Shown: piece after piece, positions 12,860-26,000 of the stretch
Position numbering within the stretch: position 1 is the stretch's first letter
Layout: every line of letters begins with the position of its first letter
Source: Eledone cirrhosa
Taxonomy: Eukaryota
NCBI GenBank assembly: GCA_964016885.1
Contig: OZ024765.1
Span: forward strand, 23,002,001-23,066,000
Length of the DNA stretch: 64,000 bases
Reading direction: 5' to 3'
Notes under the pieces: model-generated
Told to the model about the DNA's origin: nothing
Database searches by the model: none
Seen by the model: the letters and a program-made list of their open reading frames with translations, nothing else
Made by a program: the position numbers and the translations under genes

Positions 12860-13049
12860 TAATTGTTTCTACTTTAGGCACAAGGCCAGCAATTACTCAG
12901 TACATTACTGGTACTTTATTTTTTTTACCCCGTAAGGATGAAAGGCAAAGTCAACCTCGGCGGGATTTGAACTCAGATCGTAAAGGGACGTAACTATGCT
13001 GGAAAGCATGGTGTCCGACTCTCTACTGATACTGCCAATCCACCACCCT
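12860..13049 (-). mobile_element. SINE family B copy
   Basis: Matches the reverse complement of 61178-61372. Confidence 0.8.
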
Positions 13050-13057
13050 GAGAGATA

Positions 13058-14657
13058 ATGTGTGTGTTTATATGTGTATAAGTGTGTATGTATGTTTATA
13101 TGTGTATAAGTATGTATGTATGTTTATGTGTATAAGTATGTATGTATGTTTATATGTGTATAAGTATGTATGTATGTTTATATGTGTATAAGTATGTATG
13201 TATGTTTATATGTGTATAAGTGTGTATGTATGTTTATATGTGTATAAGTGTGTATGTATGTTTATATGTGTATAAGTATGTATGTATGTTTGTGTATAAG
13301 TATGTATGTATGTTTGTGTATAAGTATGTATGTTTATATGTGTATAAGTATGTATGTATGTTTATATGTGTATAAGTATATATGTATGTATGTTTATATG
13401 TGTATAAGTATGTATGTTTATATGTGTATAAGTATGTATGTTTATATGTGTATAAGTATGTATGTATGTTTATATGTGTATAAGTATGTATGTTTATATG
13501 TGTATAAGTATGTATGTTTATATGTGTATAAGTATGTATGTTTATATGTGTATAAGTATGTATGTATGTTTGTGTGTATAAGTATGTATCTATGTTTATA
13601 TGTGTATAAGTATGTATGTATGTTTATGTGTATAAGTATGTATGTATGTTTATATGTGTATAAGTATGTATGTTTATATGTGTATAAGTATGTATGTATG
13701 TTTGTGTGTATAAGTATGTATCTATGTTTATATGTGTATAAGTATGTATGTATGTTTATGTGTATAAGTATGTATGTATGTTTATATGTGTATAAGTATG
13801 TATGTATGTTTATGTGTATAAGTATGTATGTTTATATGTGTATAAGTATGTATGTATGTTTGTGTGTATAAGTATGTATCTATGTTTATATGTGTATAAG
13901 TATGTATCTATGTTTATATGTGTATAAGTATGTATGTTTATATGTGTATAAGTGTGTATGTATGTTTATATGTGTATAAGTGTGTATGTATGTTTATATG
14001 TGTATAAGTATGTATGTATGTTTATATGTGTATAAGTATGTATGTATGTTTATGTGTATAAGTATGTATGTTTATATGTGTATAAGTATGTATGTATGTT
14101 TATGTGTATAAGTATGTATGTATGTTTATATGTGTATAAGTATGTATGTATGTTTATATGTGTATAAGTATGTATCTATGTTTATATGTATAAGTATGTA
14201 TGTATGTTTATATGTGTATAAGTATGTATGTATGTATGTTTATATGTGTATAAGTATGTATGTATGTTTATGTGTGTATAAGTATGTATGTATGTTTATA
14301 TGTGTATAAGTATGTATGTATGTTTATATGTGTATAAGTATGTATGTATGTTTATATGTGTATAAGTATGTATCTATGTTTATATGTATAAGTATGTATG
14401 TATGTTTATATGTGTATAAGTATGTATGTATGTATGTTTATATGTGTATAAGTATGTATGTATGTTTATGTGTGTATAAGTATGTATGTATGTTTATATG
14501 TGTATAAGTATGTACGTATGTTTATGTGTATAAGTATGTATGTATGTTTATATGTGTATAAGTATGTATGTATGTTTATATGTGTATAAGTATGTATGTA
14601 TGTTTATATGTGTATAAGTATGTATGTATGTTTATATGTGTATAAGTATGTATGTAT
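13058..14657. repeat. (GTAT)-rich degenerate minisatellite, ~26-30 bp period
   Basis: Repeats of tatgtttatatgtgtataag(tatg)n. Confidence 0.95.
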
Positions 14658-14868
14658 GCATTCTTCTAGGAGAAGGCAACTCAGGAAACTGGGATAACTC
14701 TGATATAAAACCTGCGGCTCAGTAGTTACCAATGATGTTGATCTTTTCTTCTTTTCGGGTTATAGCTACTGTCTCTCAGAGAGTGGGATTGGCTCAGTGC
14801 ACAGTCTTTCCTCACTTTAACAAATAGCTTCATGCACAGGCATTGCACGATAGAATTAATTAATAATT

Positions 14869-15055
14869 ATTAATTGTTTCTACTTTAGGCACAAGGCCAG
14901 CACATACCCAGTGCATTACTGGTACTTTATTTTATCGACCCCGTAAGGATGAAAGGCAAAGTCAACCTCGGCGGGATTTGAACTCAGATCGTATTGGGAC
15001 GTAGCTATGCTGGAAAGCATGGCGTCCGACTCTCTACCGATACTGCCAATCCACC
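14869..15055 (-). mobile_element. SINE family B copy
   Basis: Matches the reverse complement of 61178-61372. Confidence 0.8.
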
Positions 15056-15974
15056 GGTATATCGTACAATGGCCATACTCGATAACGAGGGAGCAGCCAT
15101 CATGTTTGCATGTATATATGTATGTGTGTATGTATGTTTTTATATATGTATGTGTCTTTGTATGTATGTAGATATGAGTCCAGCTGTGAGCTTGGCTGGT
15201 CTTCCTCGGGGATCCAACCGGAGCAGTTGGAGACAGTTGCTTCTAACAGGACCCTCTGGAAAGAGTGTTTGAGGACTCTGACCCCCCACATGACCCTCTC
15301 AGGAATAAGTGGGCAAAGAAGATATTCAAAATTACGAGAACCAATATTATTTGACTAAAATAATACAAAAAAGCTCTTCTGAAATGTCACATAGGTCACA
15401 GTGTCATCAGTCTTCCATGTTGTCTTGTGCTGTTCACATAGTAGCTGCTTGTTCACAGTATAATAACATCAACATTAATTAAGTATTGACCTCTTTACTA
15501 ATTACATTAAACATTTTCCTTACTAAATACTAAATTGCACCTGAAACGGCCCTTGGTTCTACAATACAAAACTTTGTTTTAAAGTGTTTATATTTATCTA
15601 AAAACCTTCCTTCATAATTTTATGTAAAGACCTTAGTTAAGTTATGTTCCAAATACTGGTTTTATGATACAAAAGTGTTTGTCTCAAAGTGTTTATATTT
15701 ATCCTTTTATTTCTAAATACACTATATATATATATATAGACTCAGCGCTTCAGAAGCCGAAAGTTCAGCTTTGTACATTATTTGTTTACTTATATATATT
15801 TTTTCAGAGAGAATCTCCATGGATAATATTTTTCTTTTTGCTCTAAAAACATCAGCGAAGTTATTTTTGTTATTATCTGCATCGCTTCAATAATTTCTGG
15901 CTGTTTTTACATTGTGACTGTTTGATATATAACTATGTATATATATATTATTGTTACTTAATTAACTCTGTGTA

Positions 15975-16247
15975 TCATCATCATCATTTTATGTCCGCTT
16001 TTCCCTGCTTGCAAGGGTGGGACGGGTCTTATTAAGCATGGCATCTCTTCATTCGTCACGGTCCTTCGTCATCTCCTCGGTGAGTTTCAGCGATCTGAGG
16101 TCTGCTCTCGCCACCTCCGCCCATGTCTTTCATGGTCTTCCTTCTACTGCATCTTCCTTCGACTGGGATTTCTTGGCACTTCTTTACCCAGCAGTCATCC
16201 TCCATGCGCATCACATGTCCATACCATCTTAACCTTCTCCCCTGCAT
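15975..16247 (-). mobile_element. RTE LINE 3' fragment (subfamily C)
   Basis: RLRWYGHVMRMEDDCWVKKCQ and the same tail as 47157-47855. Confidence 0.85.
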
Positions 16248-16307
16248 ACTATGTGTATATACAACTAATTATTGTTTAATTAACTCTATGTATCACTAAT
16301 TGTTTAA

Positions 16308-18021
16308 CTCTTGACATCCTGTAATAATTTAATAGAAAATATCTGAAAATGGTTTTGTACTAAATGTTTATAGTATCTTTACTGGTGGACAGACTGTTGT
16401 GAATATTTACAGTATTACAGTAAAGACTTTAATATTTAATGTGATGTAGTCATAGTGTTGTTTTGTACTAAATGTTTATAGTATCTTTACTGGTGGACAG
16501 ATTGTTGTGAATATTTACAGTATTACAGTAAAGACTTTAATATTTAATGTGATGTAGTCATAGTGTTGTTTTGTACTAAATGTTTATAGTATCTTTACTG
16601 GTGGACAGATTGTTGTGAATATTTACAGTATTACAGTAAAGACTTTAATATTTAATGTGATGTAGTCATAGTGTTGTTTTGTACTAAATGTTTATAGTAT
16701 CTTTACTGGTGGACAGATTGTTGTGAATATTTACAGTATTACAGTAAAGACTTTAATATTTAATGTGATGTAGTCAGTGTTGTTTTGTACTAAATGTTTA
16801 TAGTATCTTTACTGGTGGACATATTGTTGTGAAAATTTACAGTATTACAGTAAAGACTTTAATATTTAATGTGATGTAGTCATAGTGTTGTTTTGTACTA
16901 AATGTTTATAGTATCTTTACTGGTGGACAGACTGTTGTGAATATTTACAGTATTACAGTAAAGACTTTAATATTTAATGTGATGTAGTCATAGTGTTGTT
17001 TTGTACTAAATGTTTATAGTATCTTTACTGGTGGACAGATTGTTGTGAATATTTACAGTATTACAGTAAAGACTATAATATTTAATGTGATGTAGTCATA
17101 GTGTTGTTTTGTACTAAATGTTTATAGTATCTTTACTGGTGGACAGATTGTTGTGAATATTTACAGTATTACAGTAAAGACTTTAATATTTAATGTGATG
17201 TAGTCATAGTGTTGTTTTGTACTAAATGTTTATAGTATCTTTACTGGTGGACAGATTGTTGTGAATATTTACAGTATTACAGTAAAGACTTTAATATTTA
17301 ATGTGATGTAGTCAGTGTTGTTTTGTACTAAATGTTTATAGTATCTTTACTGGTGGACATATTGTTGTGAAAATTTACAGTATTACAGTAAAGACTTTAA
17401 TATTTAATGTGATGTAGTCATAGTGTTGTTTTGTACTAAATGTTTATAGTATCTTTACTGGTGGACAGATTGTTGTGAATATTTACAGTATTACAGTAAA
17501 GACTTTAATATTTAATGTGATGTAGTCATAGTGTTGTTTTGTACTAAATGTTTATAGTATCTTTACTGGTGGACATATTGTTGTGAAAATTTACAGTATT
17601 ACAGTAAAGACTTTAATATTTAATATGATGTAGTCATAGTGTTGTTTTGTACTAAATGTTTATAGTATCTTTACTGGTGGACAGATTATTGTGAAAATTT
17701 ACAGTATTACAGTAAAGACTATAATATTTAATGTGATGTAGTCATAGTGTTGTTTTGTACTAAATGTTTATAGTATCTTTACTGGTGGATAGATTGTTGT
17801 GAATATTTACAGTATTACAGTAAAGACTTTAATATTTAATGTGATGTAGTCATAGTGTTGTTTTGTACTAAATGTTTATAGTATCTTTACTGGTAGACAG
17901 ATTGTTGTGAATATTTACAGTATTACAGTAAAGACTTTAATATTTAATGTGATATAGTCCCAGAGAAGTTTTGAATACTCAAGAATATCTTATTAATGCA
18001 TGCAGTACAGGATGTTAAGAT
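16308..18021. mobile_element. TTAA-flanked MITE-like element containing ~15 copies of a 108-bp internal tandem repeat
   Basis: ttaa|ctcttgacatcctgta ... tacaggatgttaagat|ttaa are imperfect TIRs with TTAA flanks (piggyBac-like); period 108 (16361, 16469, 16577). Confidence 0.75.
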
Positions 18022-18098
18022 TTAATTAATCTTGTTTGCTGTTGCTAAAACTAATTATTTTATTAACTATGTGTGTGTTGTTGTTGTTGTTGTTACAG

Positions 18099-18147
18099 CA
18101 TGGCAAAGAAAGAAAAAAGAATGTGATGAAAGATTTTGAACCAAAAG
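18099..18147 (+). CDS. ARFGEF3: ARFGEF3/BIG3 small coding exon
   Basis: ttacag|CATGGC...CCAAAAG|gtataa; 49 nt, HGKERKKNVMKDFEPK; supplies the phase 0-to-1 change needed between its neighbours; weak homology. Confidence 0.7.
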
Positions 18148-18414
18148 GTATAAATTATTTTCTGTTTATATGAAATAAATCGTTTTGATACCATCAGTGG
18201 TAAGTGAGTTGGACTTATGATCATAATGTTGTGAGTTCAATTCCTGGACTGGGTTGTGTGTTGTGTTCTTGAGCAAAACACTTCATTTTATGTCACTCCA
18301 GTGGTTAAGGGTGTTGGACTTACGGTAAGTCGGCTGAAAAGTACATAGTATGACTATGAAGGATTGATGCTAAAGTTGTAAAATCTTGCATGTATTAATT
18401 TCCACTCTTAATAT

Positions 18415-18750
18415 GGAGGCACATGGCTTAGTGGTTAGAGCACTGGCCTTGCAATCGACAGGTTGTGAGTTCAATTCTCAGACCGGGTGATGTTGTTTCC
18501 TTGAGCAAGACACTTTATTTCACATTGCTCCAGTTTACTCAGCTGTAGAAATGAGATGATAGGGACTGGGGGTCCATATCATTCCACTGTAAAGTGGTCG
18601 TGGAGGTGCCACAGCAAAAAAGCACCCAGCACTCACTGTAAATGAGGTTGGTGTTAGGAAGGGCATCCAGCTGTAGAAATCAAGCCAGAATCAGTTCCCG
18701 TCTCACCCTTGCAAGCAGGGAAAAGCGGACGTAAAATGAAATGAAAATGA
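18415..18750 (+). mobile_element. SINE family A copy
   Basis: ggaggcacatggcttagtggttagagc...gcggacgtaaaatgaaatg. Confidence 0.87.
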
Positions 18751-19203
18751 ATAACAGCATTGCTTCTTTCCAGAGATTATGTTGAAAAATAAACTTCATT
18801 TTGTCATTCCATGAGAGTATCTTGGTCAGCCTATAAACTTTTTAACTGACCCTTGTAATGGTGTGGATTCAATTCTTGGCCTGGGTTCTGTGTTGTGTTC
18901 TTCAGCAAAACCCTTCATTATCATTGCTCCAGTATACTCAACTGAAAAGAACCTTTGCTCAATAACATAGTTATATCACTAAATCCCTCTAAATTCTTCA
19001 TTATTTTCAAAACGATTTGAAATCTATAGACAGTGTTTTTAATTAGATATACGGTAATGAAAGGGTTAAAGTGTTTATCGAAAAACCTTCCATCACAATT
19101 TTATTTAAGAACCTTTGTTAAGTAATGTTCCAATCAGAAGATTAGTTATATTACTAAATCCCTCAAAATTTGTTGAATATTTTCAAAATTCTTTGTAAAC
19201 CAC

Positions 19204-20008
19204 AGACAGTATCTTTCATTAGAAATATGGTAATGAAAGGGTTAATGACATAGACTGTCTTTCATTAGAAATAAGGTAATGAAAGGGTTAATGACATAGA
19301 CAGTGTCTTACATTAGAAATATGGTAATGAAAGGGTTAATGACACAGACTGTCTTTCATTAGAAATATAGTAATGAAAGGGTTAATGACATAGACAGTGT
19401 CTTTCATTAGAAATAAGGTAATGAAAGGGTTAATGACATAGACAGTGTCTTTCATTAGAAATATTGTAATGAAAGGGTTAATGACTTAGACAGTGTCTTT
19501 CATTAGAAATATAGTAATGAAAGGGTTAATGACATAGACAGTGTCTTTCATTAGAAATAAGGTAATGAAAGGGTTAATGACATAGACAGTGTCTTTCATT
19601 AGAAATATTGTAATGAAAGGGTGAATGACATAGGCAGTGTCTTTCATTAGAAATATTGTAATGAAAGGGTTAATGACATAGGCAGTGTCTTTCATTAGAA
19701 ATAAGGTAATGAAAGGGTTAATGACATAGACAGTGTCTTTCATTAGAAATATTGTAATGAAAGGGTTAATGACTTAGACAGTGTCTTTCATTAGAAATAT
19801 AGTAATGAAAGGGTTAATGACATAGATAGTGTCTTTCATTAGAAATATGGTAATGAAAGGGTTAATGACATAGACAGTGTCTTTCATTAGAAATATGGTA
19901 ATGAAAGGGTTAATGACATAGACAGTGTCTTTCATTAGAAATATGATAATGAAAGGGTTAATGACGTAGACTGTCTTTCATTAGAAATATGGTAATGAAA
20001 GGGTTAAT
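19204..20008. repeat. 48-bp tandem array, ~17 copies, each containing aaaggg|ttaa
   Basis: Unit agacagtgtctttcattagaaatatggtaatgaaagggttaatgacat; some units are 46 bp. Confidence 0.93.
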
Positions 20009-20043
20009 CTCCACTTTAATATAACAATATTGTTTCTTTACAG

Positions 20044-20125
20044 ATTCTGTAAACAGAGATTCTGCTCTCTTGGAAGTCATTTCTATCCTGAAATTCTTCA
20101 CTGAGAAACTAGAAGAAACTCAAAA
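20044..20125 (+). CDS. ARFGEF3: ARFGEF3/BIG3 coding exon
   Basis: ttacag|ATTCT...CAAAA|gtaagt; 82 nt, DSVNRDSALLEVISILKFFTEKLEETQ (cf. DVVSVLTVLCEKLQ), phase 1-2. Confidence 0.85.
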
Positions 20126-20196
20126 GTAAGTCTTTCAATGAGACTTAACATTTTTTTCTTTTACCATCTTTTATATATTGTTTGTTTATGGTTTCA

Positions 20197-20687
20197 CATA
20201 CACACGCGTGTGTGTATATATATACGCACGCATGTGTGTGTATATATATACGCACGCGTGTGTGTGTGTATATATATACACACGTACGTGTGTATATATA
20301 CACACACGTACGTGTGTGTATATATATATATATACACACACGTACGTGTGTATATATACACACGTACGTGTGTGTATATATATATATACACACACGTACA
20401 TGTGTGTATATATATACACACGTACGTGTGTGTATATATATACACACGTACGTGTGTGTATATATATACACACACGTACGTGTGTATATATATACACACG
20501 TACGTGTGTGTGTGTATATATATACACACACACATACGTGTGTGTATATACACACACACATACGTGTGTATATATATACACACGTGCGTGTGTGTATATA
20601 TATACACACACGTACGTGTGTGTGTATATATATACACACGCACGTGTGTGTGTGTGTGTGTATATACACACACACACACACACACTA
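20197..20687. repeat. Compound (CA)/(TG)/(TA) quasi-palindromic microsatellite
   Basis: Repeats of acacacgtacgtgtgtgtatatat. Confidence 0.93.
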
Positions 20688-20926
20688 AATTTCCTTCTGA
20701 ATTAAAATTCTGCTGAGGTTAATTTTGTCGATCATCCTTACGGGGGTCGATAAAATAAAGTACCAGTAATACACTGGGGTAATTTAATCAACATCCCTTC
20801 CCCCAAAATTGTTGGCTTTGTTCCTAAATCAGAAACCATTATATGATTATATATATGATTAATTCATCCAACTAGACCTTCATGAATATAGGACTACACC
20901 TTAATTAAAAGACCACACTGACCTAC

Positions 20927-21263
20927 ATCATCATCATCCTTTTACGTCCACTTTTCCCTGCTTGCAAGGGTGAGACAGGAACTGATTCTGGCTTGATTTC
21001 TACAGCTGGATGCCCTTCCTAACACCAACCTCATTTACAGTGAGTGCTGGGTGCTTTTTTGCCGTGGCACCTCCACGACCACTTTGCAGTGGAATGATAG
21101 GGACCCCAGTCCCTATCATCTCATTTCTACAGCTGAGTAAACTGGAGCAATGTGAAATAAAGTGTCTTGCTCAAGGACACAACACATCACCCGGTCTGAG
21201 AATTGAACTCACAACCTTTCGATTGCAAGGCCAATGCTCTAACCACTAAGCCATGTGCCTCCA
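20927..21263 (-). mobile_element. SINE family A copy
   Basis: Reverse complement of 18415-18750. Confidence 0.87.
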
Positions 21264-21353
21264 TACAGTCAATAAACCCCTGTTTGATCTCTTACCTTAT
21301 ACAATTAAAAGATTTAAATAATATAGACACCCTAATAAACTCTCAACATACAA

Positions 21354-21530
21354 TGGCAGTATCGGTAGAGGGTCGGACGCCATGCTTTCCAGCATAGTTA
21401 CGTCCCTTTACGATCTGAGTTCAAATCCCGCCGAGGTTGACTTTGCCTTTCATCCTTACGGGGTCGATAAAATAAAGTACCAGTAATGCACTGGGTAATT
21501 GCTGGCCTTGTGCCTAAAGTAGAAACAAAT
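21354..21530 (+). mobile_element. SINE family B copy
   Basis: tggcagtatcggtagagggtcggacgcc...gtgcctaaagtagaaacaa. Confidence 0.8.
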
Positions 21531-21736
21531 ATACAACACCAACTAAATAGCAGACAACTGTGTATATAACTCCAATTACTCCAGTATATATTATGCAACT
21601 CATTATCCTGTCATAAAACTTCAACTATCTCTACACAATCTGTATGTATGTATGTATATATATATATGTATATGCATATGTGTGTGTATGTATATATGTA
21701 TGTATATGCATATGTGTGTGTGTGTGTGTATGTATA

Positions 21737-22035
21737 TAGTGCAGGGCAATAAAGATAGACGGTAGCCACGGAGTAGGCAGACCTAGAAAAACCTGGGACG
21801 AGCTGATAAACTCCGACCTCACACACTTACACCTCTCCAAGACAAATGTCACTGGACCGAAACCTTTGGCGGTACTCAGTAATAGAGAAGACCCGCCTTA
21901 CCTAAATACATAGTAAAACCTACTACAGCCAGTAGGCATCTCTAACAAAATACACCCCGTCCCACCGCCCCCACCCCTTCCACACCACCCCCTTCTATGT
22001 AAAGTTATGTTGGTACCACACCATCCAGCCCGAAA
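21737..22035 (+). mobile_element. RTE LINE 3' fragment (subfamily A)
   Basis: CRAIKIDGSHGVGRPRKTWDELINSDL and the start of the 3'UTR. Confidence 0.85.
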
Positions 22036-22434
22036 ATCTTTACCTCACATAATATCTCACATAACATATACATTACTCTATATATACTATTGTATTTTCA
22101 CAGAAAAGTCTTTACCTCACATAATATCTCACATAACATTTACATTACTCTATATATACTATTGTATCTTCACAGTAAAGTCTTTACCTCACATAATATC
22201 GGATCTATGAGATTTTGATATTGTTTATTTTGAGAACAATACCTTAACATAAGTATGAGTAGCCAGTTACGGCCACTGTGAACAGAAAGAAGTGAGAGAA
22301 TTCTGGCCAGATATGGCCAGTTTAAATGCTAAAGTGTTAATAATGAAATAGTAACTTATATCACTGAATCCCTCCATATTCAAATTTAATTGAAAGGATT
22401 AATAGAGATGTTTAACTGTTTCTTTCTATTTTAG

Positions 22435-22551
22435 TAACAACCATGGAACACCTAAACAGTCAATACCATTATTGTTGGAATGTATTCACACCATTTTATC
22501 AAATTCCTCCAAGATCTTGGCCAGCCAGTCACAGTTTGTTGATTTATTATG
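22435..22551 (+). CDS. ARFGEF3: ARFGEF3/BIG3 coding exon
   Basis: ttttag|TAAC...TTATG|gtcagt; 117 nt, NNHGTPKQSIPLLLECIHTILSNSSKILASQSQFVDLLW (cf. LYLECILSVLS...FTDLIW). Confidence 0.88.
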
Positions 22552-22928
22552 GTCAGTAATGTTTTACTTCTTTGCCATTATATTTCATGTTGTTTGACAT
22601 CTTTTCAGCTAGGTTTTTCTTTATTTGTGTGTGTATTTCATGTTGCTTGACATCTTTTCAGCTAGGACCCAGTAGACCTTTGATCAAAGATATATTGTTA
22701 ATTAGTTCTGTCTACTTTTTTCAATATCCAATGATGCTTTACTTGATTTATTCAACTATTTTTTATAGATATTTGTATTGTGGGGATTATATTTTCAAAT
22801 ATATATATATGTATGTAACAGGTAAACAGAAATAACAACACAATCGGTACAATATGGAAGAGATATATTAGGTTAACGCTTGATATAGCAGGAAGAGAGT
22901 CTTAACGTTTCGGACGCTATATATACAC

Positions 22929-23009
<81 letters not shown>

Positions 23010-23011
<2 letters not shown>

Positions 23012-26000
23012 TCATCATCATCATCATCATCGTTTAACGTCCATCTTCCATGCTTGCATGGGTTTGGACGGGAGTTTTCCCACTTGAGGCAAGAGTGGTT
23101 GTCTTGCTCGCATAGGACTGTCTGGCGGGTTTTCTACGGCTGGATGCCCTTCCTAACACCAACCACATTTACAGTGTGGGACTGGGAGGTTTTCACCGTG
23201 TTGCCTACACGGCCACATTACAGCGTGGACTGTCTGGCGGGTTTTCTACGGCTGGATGCCCTTCCTAACACCAACCACATTTACAGTGTGGAACTGGGAG
23301 GTTTTTACCGTGTTACCTACACGGCCACATTACAGCGTGGACTGTGTGTTTTTTTGTCGTGACACCTACACGACCTCATTTGTTTCGGGCTGGATGTTGT
23401 GGTACCAACATAACTTTACATTGAAAGGGCTGGTGTGGATGGGGTGGGGGTAGTGGGACGGGGGTGTATTTTTGTTAGAGGTGCCTACTGACTGTAGGTT
23501 TTGCTTTTTACTTAGGCCAGGTGGGTCTTCTCTATTACTGTGTACCACCAAAGATCTCGGTCCAGTGACATTGTCTTGGAGAAGTGTGTGAGGTCGGAAT
23601 TTATGAAATCGTGTCAGGTTTTTCTGGGTCTGCCTACTCCGTGGCTACCGTCTATTTTTATTGCCATACACTTTTTTATACAGCTGTTGTCTTTCATGCA
23701 CATCACATGACCATACCAATGTAGCCTTCTCTCGAGTAAACAACATCTGATCCCTCTTATTTCTTCTAATTTTTCCCTTAGTTCGTTTATGCTTTGCCGT
23801 TCACGTATATTACTATTACACATCCAGCGGAGCATGCAAGCTTCGTTCCTCTCCAGTCTGCGTATATCCTCTGCACACAATGCCCAGGTCTCACTGCCAT
23901 GTAACATTGCTGTTCGTATGCAGGCATCATACAGCCTGCCTTTCATTTTTAGAGAGAACCCTTTAGCGGCTAATAGAGGTATAAGCTCTCTGAACTTTTT
24001 CCATCCAGTTCTGACTCTGGCTACTGTACTTCCAGAGCACCCTCCCCCACTGCTGATTTTGTCACCCAGGTAACGGAAGGTGTCCACTATTTCCATAGAA
24101 CCATCTGTGCAATGGAATGAGCTAATATCCTGTGGGCACTTGCTGCTACTTATTGCACCAGAGCACCGGCCACATATAAAATCTATATCCTTAGTGATCC
24201 CACTACATCTTTTATGCACCCATACTTTGCATTTGGGACATAAAATGGAGTTTCTGCCTACTCCTTTCCTACACACTGAGCATGGCCATTTCCCGGATGG
24301 GACCGGTGCCCTATTTTCCTTCCTACAAACTAGAACTTTAGTCTTAGACAGGTTAATTTTAAGGACTTTTGATTCTAGGCCATGCTTCCATGTTTGGAAG
24401 TTCTTCTCTAGCTCGGCCATTGATTCAGCTATGAGCGTTAGATCATCTGCATATAGGAGTTCCCATGGGCAGCTGGTCTTGAACTCCTCTGTTATAGCCT
24501 GAAGGGCAATAATAAATAGGAGGGGGCTAAGAACGGAGCCCTGATGAACACCAACTTTTACGCTAAACTCTTCACTATATTCGTTGTTAATTCTAACCTT
24601 GCTGACTGTTTCTTTATACATGGCTTGTATAGCTTTCACAAGCCATTCATCAACACCTAGTTTTCTAAGAGCCCACCAGATAATGGAACGGTGGACTCTG
24701 TCAAAGGCTTTCTCCAAGTCGACAAAAGCTAAGTATAGGGGTTTACTTTTAGCTAGGTACTTCTCCTGTAGTTGTCGTACAATGAAAAGAGCGTCTGTGG
24801 TACTTTTACCTGACACAAACCCGAACTGCATTTCATCTAGATCAATTCGCTCTCTGATTAGTTGCGCTATTACTTTTTCTATGATCTTCATGACCTGGTC
24901 AATTAATTTAATGCCTCTATAGTTACCCCTATCTAGGGCATCTCCTTTACCCTTGTAGCAGTTAATGATGATGCTGCTACGCCAGTCCTTCGGAACAACC
25001 CCATGCTGTATGACTTGGTTTACTATGTGGGTGGCCATAGTGTGTCCCACCGTTCCAAAAGCTTTCAGCATTTCAGCCACTATTTCCGAAGGCCCAGCCG
25101 CCTTACCCGTCTTCATATCCTTGATTGCCTTACTTATTATACTACCTTCAACTAACACTCCTGGTCCCTCTATTGGATCGATGTGGGGCAGACTGTCTTT
25201 CTCCCATTTATTCTCCTCATTTAGTAGCCTCTCGTAGTAACACTTCCAAGTTACCTTCTTATCAGCGTCAGTGATGGCAAGTAGACCATCATCATTAAGG
25301 ACACACTTCTCCCTGACAATATCACGGTTTTCCTTGACACATTGCCTAGCAATCCTGAACACCTCACGTTTTTGGTCCTCGCATTGTAGAACATGCTGGA
25401 ACTTTCTTTCCTCTGCTTCCCCTCTTGCGAAGTACACTTGTCTCCTAGCTTGCCTCCTGGCCACTTGATAGTCTTCTCTACTTCCCCCATCCCGCCATAC
25501 TTTCCAAGCCTGCTTTTTGGCCTTAATTGACTCCTCCACCTTACTGTTCCACCACCACGTTACTCTCCTCCTGCCTATAGGCCTGCTCCAGCCACAGACT
25601 TCATCTGCCGCCATCAGCAGGTTTGCTTTCAGGAGATCCCACTGTTCCTCTATATTGTACGACTCTAATTGCTCTTCCTTACTGTCGAAAGCATCAAGTA
25701 ATATGCTTTTAAATTTATTACTGGCTGTGGGGTCCTTTAGCTTCCATATTTTTCTCCTGAGGATAGTCCTCTTCTGTTGTCGAGTACGTCTCGTCCTGAC
25801 TATGAGGTCGCTAATTATCAGTCTATGTTGGGAGGTGCATTCTTCATGGGGGAGGGATTTAGTGTTTACAACAGACACTCTGTCACGTCTTCTGGTAAGG
25901 ATATAATCTACCTGGCTGGTATGTTCCCCTGATCTGTAGGTGATCAGTGATTGTCTCATTTTTTGAAGTTAGTGTTTCTAGTACCAAACCCATAGCCTCT

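Noticed and set aside
18415-18490. Possible tRNA genes at SINE heads
   Set aside because: A/B boxes run directly into SINE body and tail in multiple dispersed copies
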